This document shows, piece after piece, positions 27,762 through 36,755 of a stretch of DNA of 47,124 nucleotides. Numbering within the stretch: the first letter of the stretch is position 1; the number at the start of each line of letters is the position of its first letter. Source of the stretch: Occultella glacieicola (lineage in GTDB: Bacteria > Actinomycetota > Actinomycetes > Actinomycetales > Beutenbergiaceae); assembly GCF_004353825.1 (NCBI RefSeq), contig NZ_SMNA01000003.1, forward strand, positions 496,001 through 543,124, in the 5' to 3' direction. The translations under genes were made by a program, and so were the position numbers. The notes under the pieces are model-generated. The model did not search any database and was not told where the DNA came from. It worked only from the letters and a program-made list of their open reading frames with translations.

Positions 27762-29543
27762 GTGTCGAGTAGCCAGTTCCTTCTGAGTTACGCGTGCGAC
27801 CGAGAAGACGCAATGTCATCTGCTGAGCTGCGACTGCGCCTCGATTCTGCGACCTCGCATCTCGAGTCTCTAGTTCGCACAGAGGTCGAGCGAGTCGATG
27901 TCGGCGATGGTCGAGTTGGGTTCTCCGCGTGGCGGTACGTCGACGCGGGAAACTCGTGGCCCGTGGTGGCCACGCGAGAAGGTGTGGCGGCCGCCTGGCT
28001 ACACACACCGCCAGCTGCCGGCCCGATCGAGAACGCGGCGGATCCGATCGATCTCGCTCGGGATATCACCAACGGAACCACAGATCGAGCGGAACTCGGC
28101 GCGCCGGCCGCCGCGTTCTACTTGTCCGAGTCAGGGCTGCGAATTTCCAATGACCGCCTTGGCATGGTCCGGCTCTACGAGTTTGCGGTGAAGGGCTTCG
28201 GCCACGTCTGGAGCAGCCGTCCGGGTCTCGCTCACATCTTCGGCGGCCTGGTTCCTCGGCTCGAGCAGTCGACCTGGAGCGATATGGCGACGCTGGGATG
28301 GGCGGCAGATGGCAGCGCGCACCTGGGTAACGGTCACCAGATGGCTGCGAGCACGACGATCCAGGTCGACCGAAACGGACACACCGTGTCGTCGTCCGAC
28401 CGTGACGAGTGGCTTCGGGCCGCACTGGACGGCGACGTTCCTTCGATCGTTGATGGCGCTCGGGGAATGGTTCGCTCAGTCGCTGTCGCTTCGTGGTGGC
28501 AAGGAAGTCCGGTTGCCGATCTCTCGGGTGGCAAGGACTCGCGCGTGACGGCCGCAGCTGCGATCCGAGCTGGCGTCGTCAGCACGGTGAGGACTGTCAA
28601 CACCGATACCGGCGAGGTGGACACGGCCAGGGAGTTGCTTCGTCTCGCCGGAAATCCGGTCGCGCATCGGGTGGACCAGGTCGTGGAGCCGAAGAAGCCT
28701 CAAGGCGGCGTCCTCACCCGATACCTCTCCATGCACCGGGCCTGGGAGGGCGCCTACAACGCCAGGTCGGCCTACCGATCGATTGAGTTCCGAGGCTTCA
28801 CTTCGCCGTCGGCGCCCCGGATCAACGGCCTTGGCGGCGAAGCGATCCAAGGGCGAACGATGGTCAGCCCGGCGTGGCGCGAGAAGCTGGAGGGTGGGGG
28901 GCCGGACGCGGGACGGTCGCGGCTCGCACAGATGGTTCGGTCGGGCGCTGCCGGCGTCACAGATGCGGGGATCGAATGCTCCCTAGCGTCGATCGACTGC
29001 TTCGTCGATCGCGCCTTGATGGTTGATATGGCTACCGCATTCATGGTCGTGGATTACTTCTACCACTTCAGCAAGATGCCATTCTGGTCGATGCCGCAGG
29101 CAAGTTCGAACACGCTGCTTCCGTTCTATTCCCCGCAGGTGCTTCCACGCACCATGTGGTCGTTGTCACATGCTGCAGCCGAGTACGGGCAACATCATCG
29201 CGACCTACTTCGAGAGCTACAGCCCGCGTGGGCCGATGTGCCGTTCTACAAGGGATCGGTGAAGACACGGGGCACACCGTGGATGTGGGAGAACGCTGAC
29301 TGGCGAGAGATGTCGAGCACGGTGCTCGACGGGGTTGGTTCGTTGGACACCTTCTCGACGAGGGCTGTGAGCCAGTTCGTCCAGGAGGCCGAAATGGGCA
29401 CAGGAAACGTTCGCCACGAACTGGCACTGACGCGCGTGATGTGGGAACTGAGTTTCCGCGAGTACGTCAAGGAGGTTGCACGCGCTGCGGAGGCGACCTC
29501 GAGGGAGGTTTTACGCGTTCGGGCCGCCGAACGAAGGCGTTGA
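27762..29543 (+). CDS. Asparagine synthetase-like protein (adenine-nucleotide alpha-hydrolase domain)
   Basis: NDRLGMVRLY, PP-loop DLSGGKDSR, NGLGGE and LPF. No N-terminal catalytic Cys. Start uncertain. Confidence 0.75.
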   Translation: MSSSQFLLSYACDREDAMSSAELRLRLDSATSHLESLVRTEVERVDVGDGRVGFSAWRYVDAGNSWPVVATREGVAAAWLHTPPAAGPIENAADPIDLARDITNGTTDRAELGAPAAAFYLSESGLRISNDRLGMVRLYEFAVKGFGHVWSSRPGLAHIFGGLVPRLEQSTWSDMATLGWAADGSAHLGNGHQMAASTTIQVDRNGHTVSSSDRDEWLRAALDGDVPSIVDGARGMVRSVAVASWWQGSPVADLSGGKDSRVTAAAAIRAGVVSTVRTVNTDTGEVDTARELLRLAGNPVAHRVDQVVEPKKPQGGVLTRYLSMHRAWEGAYNARSAYRSIEFRGFTSPSAPRINGLGGEAIQGRTMVSPAWREKLEGGGPDAGRSRLAQMVRSGAAGVTDAGIECSLASIDCFVDRALMVDMATAFMVVDYFYHFSKMPFWSMPQASSNTLLPFYSPQVLPRTMWSLSHAAAEYGQHHRDLLRELQPAWADVPFYKGSVKTRGTPWMWENADWREMSSTVLDGVGSLDTFSTRAVSQFVQEAEMGTGNVRHELALTRVMWELSFREYVKEVARAAEATSREVLRVRAAERRR

Positions 29544-29602
29544 CGTCTTCGCGACCGTGACGAACCTGAATTCCCCAGCCGAATGATCCCGAACCGCAGT
29601 GG

Positions 29603-31078
29603 TCAGCCACCCACACGGGCATAGAGTTCGGCCAGTTTGCCCTCCTGGCTCTCCCACGAGTACACGTTCTCGAGCGAGTTCCCGGTGACCTTGGCCCGAT
29701 ATTCGGGCAGCGCCCCGAAGACCTCCTTGAGCGCCCTGGCACAGTCCGCGGCATCACCGAAGGAGAACGTCTCGCCGACAGCGGTCCGTCGGACGAACGC
29801 GCCCATCTCCTGAAGGTCGCTGACCACGATCGGCAACCCGGCGAAGATGTAGTCGAACAGCTTGTTCGGCAGGGCCATCTCGTGGTTCGGGATGTCGCCG
29901 ATCATCGGGTGCACCCCGACATCGGCGGAGCGTAGATAGCTGAGGACCTCCTCCGGCTTCACGGGTTCGAGCAGATGCACCCGGTCCACCACCCCGAGTT
30001 CCGTCGCTCGTCGGGCGAGCTCGCGTGAGAGTTTGTGACTCACGCTGGGGACACAGATGACGGCCAGGTGCACCTCAGGCAGGAAGGTCAGGGCCTCGAC
30101 CACGGTGGCGACTCCCCGCTTCTCGGCCATCGAACCGGAATACGCCAGGAGTGGCACATCGCGGCCGAGACCACAATCGGTGCGGATGTCTGAAGGCGCT
30201 TCCGCGATCTCCTCGACCACCGGGGCATTGAGAACGACCGTCGGACGATCCGGGAGCCGATAGACCCGCTGCAACGCGTCCGCGATCGACTCACTCACCG
30301 TGATGACCCCATCGGCCGCTCTGGTGTAGTGCTTCTCCATCTGTGCCCACGCACGTCGCTGCCGCTCGGAGGTACGCACGGCACCGACCACGAATTCGTG
30401 CGCGTCGTAGATCAACGTCGGTCGCACCCGGTGTGCTCGCATGTGATTCGTGGCGTTGACCGCTGCCTTCAGGACGTGAGCGTCGTGGGCGTGAATGATG
30501 TCGGGCTTCTGCCGCCAGATCTCACGCGTGAAGGACAGGCTCAGGTCGGAGAACTGGGTGACCTCGCGGCGCCAGTCCAGCCGTCGCGGCACGGCGTCTG
30601 GATCGGCCTGCTGCTCCCAATAGGCGCGGATGCGCTCTTCCCTGCGCTCGTGGAATCGAACCCGCCAGTCGAAGAACATCCGGGGCAGCCTAAGGAGCGC
30701 ACGCACGGGAAGGGCGTACCGGGATGCGCGCAAGCCTGCCAGCGTGTTCTGATAGCGAGCCCACTCGAGGTCGCTCTCCGAGATGAATCCTGGGAAACCC
30801 GACCGGTAGGCCCGGCGCTCCCGCTCCAGTTTCGCCTTCGTGGCTGTCATCCCGTAGGGCTGTGGAATACCGAGGGTCGCGACGTCGCCGAGCGTGCCTC
30901 GAACAGGCTCCGTGATGCCCTGCAGCCCATACAGCAACGTCACGTCGAACCCGAGCCGCTGGACGGACTGCGCGGACTTGCGAACACGAGCGTCGGCGAC
31001 GATGTCGTGATTGACAACCATGACGACCTTTCGTCGGCCACGTCGCCCAGGCCTCGTCGCCCTTGATGTCAATGCCAC
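29603..31078 (-). CDS. Glycosyltransferase family 4 (close paralog of 16022..17440)
   Basis: DARVRKSA, IHAHD, YDAHE, ITVSE and NHEMALPNKLFDYIFAGLP. Confidence 0.9.
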   Translation of the reverse strand: MALTSRATRPGRRGRRKVVMVVNHDIVADARVRKSAQSVQRLGFDVTLLYGLQGITEPVRGTLGDVATLGIPQPYGMTATKAKLERERRAYRSGFPGFISESDLEWARYQNTLAGLRASRYALPVRALLRLPRMFFDWRVRFHERREERIRAYWEQQADPDAVPRRLDWRREVTQFSDLSLSFTREIWRQKPDIIHAHDAHVLKAAVNATNHMRAHRVRPTLIYDAHEFVVGAVRTSERQRRAWAQMEKHYTRAADGVITVSESIADALQRVYRLPDRPTVVLNAPVVEEIAEAPSDIRTDCGLGRDVPLLAYSGSMAEKRGVATVVEALTFLPEVHLAVICVPSVSHKLSRELARRATELGVVDRVHLLEPVKPEEVLSYLRSADVGVHPMIGDIPNHEMALPNKLFDYIFAGLPIVVSDLQEMGAFVRRTAVGETFSFGDAADCARALKEVFGALPEYRAKVTGNSLENVYSWESQEGKLAELYARVGG

Positions 31079-31111
31079 AGTTCACGCCCCGATTTGTCAT
31101 GTTGAAACGCT

Positions 31112-31122
31112 CGCCAGCCTAG
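31112..31122 (-). promoter_or_regulatory. Candidate -10 element (TAGGCT)
   Basis: Minus-strand CTAGGCTGGCG lies ~35 nt upstream of the 31078 start. An identical 11-mer occurs at 35665-35675. Confidence 0.5.
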
Positions 31123-31195
31123 GGGGTGTACGAGTGCCCTTCGGCACGCAGGCGCCGTGGGCACCCCATTGGCGGTGTTGGGTCCGTCACTCGGT

Positions 31196-32326
31196 TCACT
31201 GCGAGGACCCCGTCAGCCTTGCCAACGCCGACTCCCACGCGCTCACCTGATGGTCCGCAGCAAGGTCCGACGCGACCGCATTCGACGCCCGCTTCCAGTC
31301 ACGAATCATCTGCGGATCGAGGTTCTCCAGGGCCCGGGCCACCGAACTCGGGTCGAACGCCTCCGTCACCGCACCCAGTTCGTGCTCACGGACGAGCGCC
31401 GCCATCTCCGGCGACGGCCCGACGATGATCCCGAGCCGGGCCTGGACGTAGTCGAAGAACTTGTTCGGCAGCGTCCACTCGTAGTTGAACGTGACCGGGG
31501 GCAGCACGAACACCCCGATGTCGTAGTCATTCAAGGTCCTGATCAGGTCCGCGTACGGCACAGGGTCGTGCACCGTGACACCGGGCACACCGGCGGCCTG
31601 CTCACGGACCTCGGCCAGGTAGCCAGGGTCGTTCGGCATCAGGAACAGGTCGAGCGTCACATCCGCCCGGGTCAGCCGCACCGCCTCGATCATGAGCCCG
31701 AGATCACGGTTGCGACGGGCGTTGCCGGAGTGCACCAGACGCACCGCCGCGTGCACCGGGGTCGGCCTGAGATCGTGGAACGGGGTCGCGTTCGGCACCA
31801 CGCTCGCGTGGATCCCGAACTCGCGTCGGTACTCGTCGGCGAGTCCTTGGCCCACGGTGCTCACCGACGCGGCCTTCGCCACGAACTCGCGGCACAACCA
31901 CCGGTAGTACGGCGCCACGAAGAGCCGCCAGCGCCAGGATTCCTCGTTCTCGCGCGGTGCGTACTCGTGCAGGTCAACGTGCACCCCTGCCCGCGGACGA
32001 AGGCTCAGTGCCAGGGGCACGGTGTCCGCGTCGTTGGCGAGAACCACGTCATATGCGCCCACCGGCAGCACCGCTCGCAGGTGGGCTAGGACCGCATTCG
32101 TGCGCTGGACTTCGGCGTACCGGCGCAGGATCAGGGCCCGACGGCCCTTGCGCCAGGCGACGAGCTGTGCGGGGATCTCGTGGTGTGCCACGACCCCGTC
32201 GGGAGCCGGCCCGTACCCGACCGTGGTCACGTCGTAATGGGTCGTGAACAACCGGACCTGTTTGAGCACCCGAGCGTCCTCGTGAATGGGTGAGAACGCG
32301 ATGATGAGGAGCGTGGGCCTGCTCAC
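31196..32326 (-). CDS. Glycosyltransferase, GT4-like
   Basis: DARVLKQ, LAND, DLHEY, VPNA and TLPNKFFDYVQARL. The GTG overlaps the upstream stop. Confidence 0.87.
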   Translation of the reverse strand: MSRPTLLIIAFSPIHEDARVLKQVRLFTTHYDVTTVGYGPAPDGVVAHHEIPAQLVAWRKGRRALILRRYAEVQRTNAVLAHLRAVLPVGAYDVVLANDADTVPLALSLRPRAGVHVDLHEYAPRENEESWRWRLFVAPYYRWLCREFVAKAASVSTVGQGLADEYRREFGIHASVVPNATPFHDLRPTPVHAAVRLVHSGNARRNRDLGLMIEAVRLTRADVTLDLFLMPNDPGYLAEVREQAAGVPGVTVHDPVPYADLIRTLNDYDIGVFVLPPVTFNYEWTLPNKFFDYVQARLGIIVGPSPEMAALVREHELGAVTEAFDPSSVARALENLDPQMIRDWKRASNAVASDLAADHQVSAWESALARLTGSSQ

Positions 32327-33801
32327 CGTTCCCCCCATAGGACGCTCCGGTACAGGGCGACCAGACGCTCCACCTCGTGCTCCCAGGTGAGTGCGGTGGT
32401 GGCTGCTCGAGAGGCCGCACGGTATCGCTCCGGATCCGCCAGCACCCGGGTCATCGCCGCTGCGAGCCCCTCCGGCCCGTCCGACTCGAAGACCAGACCG
32501 ACTCCATACTCGGCGACCACGTCGGCGGTGTCCGGGAGATTGGCGGCCGCGATCGGCAGGCCCGCGTGGATGGACTCGAAGAGCTTGTTCGGCAGGGAGT
32601 AGTAGTAGCTCAGGCAGGTAGGCCGGACATACACGACGGCGAGGTCAGCGTCGGACAGCGCGTCGGCGACCTCCGCGGAGGGAACCTTGCCGACGAAGTG
32701 CACACGGTCCCGCAACCCAGCGGTCCGGGCCCGCTCGGCGAGCGGACCGACGTAGTCCGGTTCGCCGTAGCCGAGGAGCACGAGGTGGACCTCGGGACCC
32801 ATGAGGTTCAGGGCGTCGATCGTCTCCTCGATGCCACGGTTCGTGGTGAGCCGGCCGCTGTACGCGATGACCTTGGTTTCGGCAGGCAGGCTCGCGAGCT
32901 CGCGCAGACGCCCGGTGCCGGCTCCGCTCGGCAGGTCACCGGTCGCGGGGATGTTCCGCACCAGCACCGGGCGGTGGAGCAGACCATAGGTGCGCTGCAG
33001 CCAACTCGCGATGCTCGGGGAGACCGTGACCACTCCGGCGGCCCGGCGGATACCGGCCCGTTCGATGAGGTGCTCCACGTGCGGGGCGACCGGGCGCTTG
33101 CGGACATTGCGGTGACGCCACAATTCGTGGGCGTCGTAGATGATCCTGGTCCCGGTGCCGCGGGCGGCCAGCATCGCCGGAGCGAGAGTGTTGCCGTCGT
33201 TCGCGTGGATGACGTCCGGTCGCCAGCGCCGCACGGCCCCGACCGCGCGCGCCCAGTACACCGTGAGGCTGACGGTCCGGTACGCCTTGAGCCACAGGTC
33301 GAAGAACGCAGCGAACGCCCGGGCACTCAGCGGCGCCGCGGCCGTCGGTGCGACCAGGGGCTGCTGCGCCAGGAACGCCGTCGGCGGCGTGCCACAGCCA
33401 TCAGCGTCGCGCGCGGTCGCCGCGACCGACTCCGTCGTCGCAGGTGCAGCACCGTCCGCCACGGGTGCGTCGATGGCTTCCTCCACCGCCACCACCTCGC
33501 CTCGTTCGGCAAGCCCCCGGGCGCGTCCCATCACCCACCGGTACGCGCCCGCAAGCCAAGGGACGGACCGGGCGAGTTCGAACTCGGGCAGCCGCTCGAG
33601 TTCCACGCCACTGTCCAGCCGCTCGATCGTGGCCGGAAAGCCCGAACGGGCCCGAGCGACCGCGAAGATCTTCACGTGCGCTCCGGCTCGGTGGAGGCTC
33701 GCGGCGGTCTTGAGTACACGTGAGTCGGCGTGCGCGTCGTTGTAGACGAGCACGGCCACGCGCGCGGGTCGGTCACCGACCCGCAGGTCAACGTCGGTCA
33801 C
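32323..33801 (-). CDS. Glycosyltransferase family 4
   Basis: DSRVLKTA, IHAND, YDAHE, VTVS and SLPNKLFESIHAGLP. Confidence 0.9.
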   Translation of the reverse strand: MTDVDLRVGDRPARVAVLVYNDAHADSRVLKTAASLHRAGAHVKIFAVARARSGFPATIERLDSGVELERLPEFELARSVPWLAGAYRWVMGRARGLAERGEVVAVEEAIDAPVADGAAPATTESVAATARDADGCGTPPTAFLAQQPLVAPTAAAPLSARAFAAFFDLWLKAYRTVSLTVYWARAVGAVRRWRPDVIHANDGNTLAPAMLAARGTGTRIIYDAHELWRHRNVRKRPVAPHVEHLIERAGIRRAAGVVTVSPSIASWLQRTYGLLHRPVLVRNIPATGDLPSGAGTGRLRELASLPAETKVIAYSGRLTTNRGIEETIDALNLMGPEVHLVLLGYGEPDYVGPLAERARTAGLRDRVHFVGKVPSAEVADALSDADLAVVYVRPTCLSYYYSLPNKLFESIHAGLPIAAANLPDTADVVAEYGVGLVFESDGPEGLAAAMTRVLADPERYRAASRAATTALTWEHEVERLVALYRSVLWGER

Positions 33802-35606
33802 TGCGGTTCGATCTCTCCGGTCAGGCCGGCCAGGGCAGCCTGCTCGGCGAAGTCCGCCTCGGCAGCGACGACCTCGTCGAACGTGCCGTGGGCCACGAGT
33901 TCCCCGTCCCGCATGAAACAGACCACGTCGCTGTGCCGGATCGTCGCGAGCCGGTGTGCGACCACCACCATCGTGACGTCACCGCGCAGCTCCCGGATCG
34001 CCGAGGTGACCGCCGCCTCCGTGGAGGTGTCCAGGGCGCTGGTCGCCTCGTCCATGATCAGCACGAGCGGGTCGTTGTACAGGGCGCGGGCGATTCCGAT
34101 CCGCTGCCGCTGACCGCCGGACAGGCTCAGGCCCCGTTCGCCGATCCGGGCGTGGATCCCGTCCTCGCGGGCCTCGACCACGTCGAGGATCTGCGCGCGA
34201 GCGAGGGCGCGGCGCACCCGGTCCTCGTCAACCTGTTCCGGGATCCAGGTCAGTGCGACGTTCTGCGCGACGGTCGAGTCGAACAGGGAGACCTCCTGCG
34301 GCACGTACCCGACCCGGGAACGCCAGTCGTCGAGGACGGTACCCATCGGGGTGGTCCCGACCAGGATCCGACCGGCACTTGGCTCGAGCAGCCCGAGCAT
34401 CAGGTCCACCAACGTCGACTTCCCCGAGCCGGAGGCGCCGACGAGGGCCAGCGAGTGCCCGAACGGCAGGGTCATGCTCACCTCGCGTACGGCCTCGGTG
34501 GAGCCACTCGGGTAGGTGAAGCTCACGTCCTCGAGCGTGAGCCGGTCCGCCTCGGCGGGAATCGGTGCCGTGGTGCCCTCCGCTGGTCTGGCTTCGCGGC
34601 GCTGGTCACCCTTGCGGATCTCGTCGAGCACTTGCTGAGCGAACGGCATCGACGCCCCGGTCTGCGCCATGATCGACTGGAACCTGGTTAGCGATGGCAC
34701 GATCCGGAACCCGGCCACCCCGAACAGCGCGACTGCGCCGAGCGCCCCGGTGACACCGTCCTGCAGGTATCCCACGCCTGCCCCGATCGCCAGCCCCCCG
34801 ATGAGGCCGGCCTCGAGGACGTACCGGGGCACCACACCGAGGAAGGACATGTTCGCCCGGGCGTGGGAGCTCTTCAGGCGCACCTGACGAACGACGCCAG
34901 CAACCTCGGGCCCCTTTCCACGCAGCGTGATCTCCTTGAGGGAGTGCACCATCTCGCTGACCAGGCGCACCGAGCGCGTGGAGTAGTTCCTGTTCACCCG
35001 CCCGGCCTCCACCGCCTTGCGCAGCACCCACAAGTACAGGAACGCGCCGATGACCCCGAAGTAGGCGATGGCCACCAGGGCGATCACCGGTTGGGCGACG
35101 ATGAGAACCACCAGTACCGCCACGAACGTGAAGATCTCGCCGGAGAGCATGGCTGCCGGGATGAGAACGCCGGAGACGGTCGTCGCCACCCCGACGTCGG
35201 TGGACCGGACCAGGTCCGTGGAGTTGCGACCGAGCCGGTCCGTCCAGGGCGACTCGAAGAAGGCGTTCAGCAACTGGCTGCCGAGGTCCTGTTCGAACCT
35301 GGCGAAGCGACGGGTGGCGAAGTACTGCAGGGTGACCGCGAAAACGCTCTTCGCGACGATCAGGGCACCGACGATGACGAGCATGTTCCGGAAGTCGGTC
35401 GGTTCGCTGAGCGTCCAGCCGAGGACCGGGATCGTCAGTTCTGCGCCGGAGATCATCGGGGCCATCGTGATCGCCAGCAGGCCGAGGGCGGCGACGTCGA
35501 GGATCGACAGGGCCGCGGAGAGCACAGCGAAGGTCACGATGAAACGCGAGCTACCGCCGGGCAGCACGGCAAGCAGGTCACGAACGATGCGCCACAGGGC
35601 GGCCAT
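33798..35606 (-). CDS. Fused ABC transporter permease/ATPase (PglK/MsbA-like lipid-linked glycan flippase candidate)
   Basis: N-terminal six-TM domain, GASGSGKST, VGYVPQ, LSGGQRQRIGIARALY, LIMDEATSALD and AHRL. Coupled to the downstream GTs. Confidence 0.9.
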   Translation of the reverse strand: MAALWRIVRDLLAVLPGGSSRFIVTFAVLSAALSILDVAALGLLAITMAPMISGAELTIPVLGWTLSEPTDFRNMLVIVGALIVAKSVFAVTLQYFATRRFARFEQDLGSQLLNAFFESPWTDRLGRNSTDLVRSTDVGVATTVSGVLIPAAMLSGEIFTFVAVLVVLIVAQPVIALVAIAYFGVIGAFLYLWVLRKAVEAGRVNRNYSTRSVRLVSEMVHSLKEITLRGKGPEVAGVVRQVRLKSSHARANMSFLGVVPRYVLEAGLIGGLAIGAGVGYLQDGVTGALGAVALFGVAGFRIVPSLTRFQSIMAQTGASMPFAQQVLDEIRKGDQRREARPAEGTTAPIPAEADRLTLEDVSFTYPSGSTEAVREVSMTLPFGHSLALVGASGSGKSTLVDLMLGLLEPSAGRILVGTTPMGTVLDDWRSRVGYVPQEVSLFDSTVAQNVALTWIPEQVDEDRVRRALARAQILDVVEAREDGIHARIGERGLSLSGGQRQRIGIARALYNDPLVLIMDEATSALDTSTEAAVTSAIRELRGDVTMVVVAHRLATIRHSDVVCFMRDGELVAHGTFDEVVAAEADFAEQAALAGLTGEIEPQ

Positions 35607-35664
35607 GCCTCACCTGCTCCCGTCTCCCGAACCGAGCAATGAGCCCGCAATCGAGCCCTCGGAA

Positions 35665-35675
35665 CGCCAGCCTAG
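35665..35675 (-). promoter_or_regulatory. Candidate -10 element (TAGGCT) for the ABC/GT operon
   Basis: Minus-strand CTAGGCTGGCG ~60 nt upstream of ATG 35606. Confidence 0.45.
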
Positions 35676-35801
35676 AACGCCGCAGCCCCCGAACCGCACC
35701 TACGCAGCCCGGCGCGGCTCAAGCGGGATACGTACGGCCGGCTCGCGGCCGATGGCGTGGGGCCGCCTGAGCACAGGATCCTCGGGCCCTAGAGTGGCCC
35801 C

Positions 35802-36755
35802 GTGACCGTAGCCGTCCGGGAGTCGATTGCGAATCGCACTCGTGGCATGCTCCGGATGGCGGGCCTGGTCCTGGTCCTGACCCTGGCGGTCATATGCGTT
35901 GCCACGAGCCGGACCGTCGCGACCGGCACCCCGAAGACCGGTCACGTCACCGCCGTCGAGTCCGCGGTCGGTCCTCAGGATGCGCCGAGCGATTTGACGC
36001 CGTCGCTCGAGGAGGCCGGCGCTGATCAACCGAGCACGTACGCCACGGGGTGCCATCTCGGAGTTCCAGCGTCCGAACCGGTCGGATGCACGAGCGGCTC
36101 ACCGGCGGCACCGCTCGACGTCGTCCTGTTCGGGGACTCCCACGCGGCGAACTGGCACCCGGCACTGGAGACTCTCGCCACCCGCGGCGACCTGCACGTC
36201 ACATCACACACCAAGTCCGGCTGCCCCGCACATCAGGTGTCCGACGAGTACATGACGGAGCCGTATCCGGAGTGTGCGACCTGGCGCGAGGCGGTTCTCA
36301 CGCTGATCGCGGCGGACCCGCCCGACGTTGTCGTGCTGTCCGGCTTACCTCGCGGCACGGCAGCTCCGGTGCCGCTGTCGGAGTGGACGGCTGGCGTCGC
36401 CGCGACGGTCGAGCGGCTCTCGGTCGTCACCACGGTGCTGGTGGTCGCGGACACGCCGAACTTCCAGGTCGACCCGCCAGCCTGTCTGTCCACTGGTCCG
36501 GTCGACGCCACAACCTGTGATCGTCCGCGATCCGATGCGATCAACGACGAGTACGCCGCGCAGGAACGGGCCGCGGCCATGGCGGCTGGTGGCACGTACG
36601 CCGACCTCACGGACCATTTCTGCTCCGACACCTGCCCGGTCATCCAGGGGAACATCCTCCTGTACCGGGACGACCACCACCTGACCGCAACCTTCAGCGC
36701 CTCGATGGCGGATGCCCTGGGCGCGGTCATCGCCTCCGCCCTCGCAGGACCCTAG
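35802..36755 (+). CDS. Exported stand-alone SGNH domain protein (AT3-associated type)
   Basis: N-terminal hydrophobic segment, VLFGDSHA, TKSGCP and YRDDHHLT. TAGAGT-6 nt-GTG suggests a leaderless start. Confidence 0.85.
   Translation: MTVAVRESIANRTRGMLRMAGLVLVLTLAVICVATSRTVATGTPKTGHVTAVESAVGPQDAPSDLTPSLEEAGADQPSTYATGCHLGVPASEPVGCTSGSPAAPLDVVLFGDSHAANWHPALETLATRGDLHVTSHTKSGCPAHQVSDEYMTEPYPECATWREAVLTLIAADPPDVVVLSGLPRGTAAPVPLSEWTAGVAATVERLSVVTTVLVVADTPNFQVDPPACLSTGPVDATTCDRPRSDAINDEYAAQERAAAMAAGGTYADLTDHFCSDTCPVIQGNILLYRDDHHLTATFSASMADALGAVIASALAGP

Noticed and set aside
27397..27786. Small ORF between the epimerase and the Asn-synthetase-like gene
   Set aside because: No recognisable motif, atypical composition and overlaps on both sides, so it cannot be supported.
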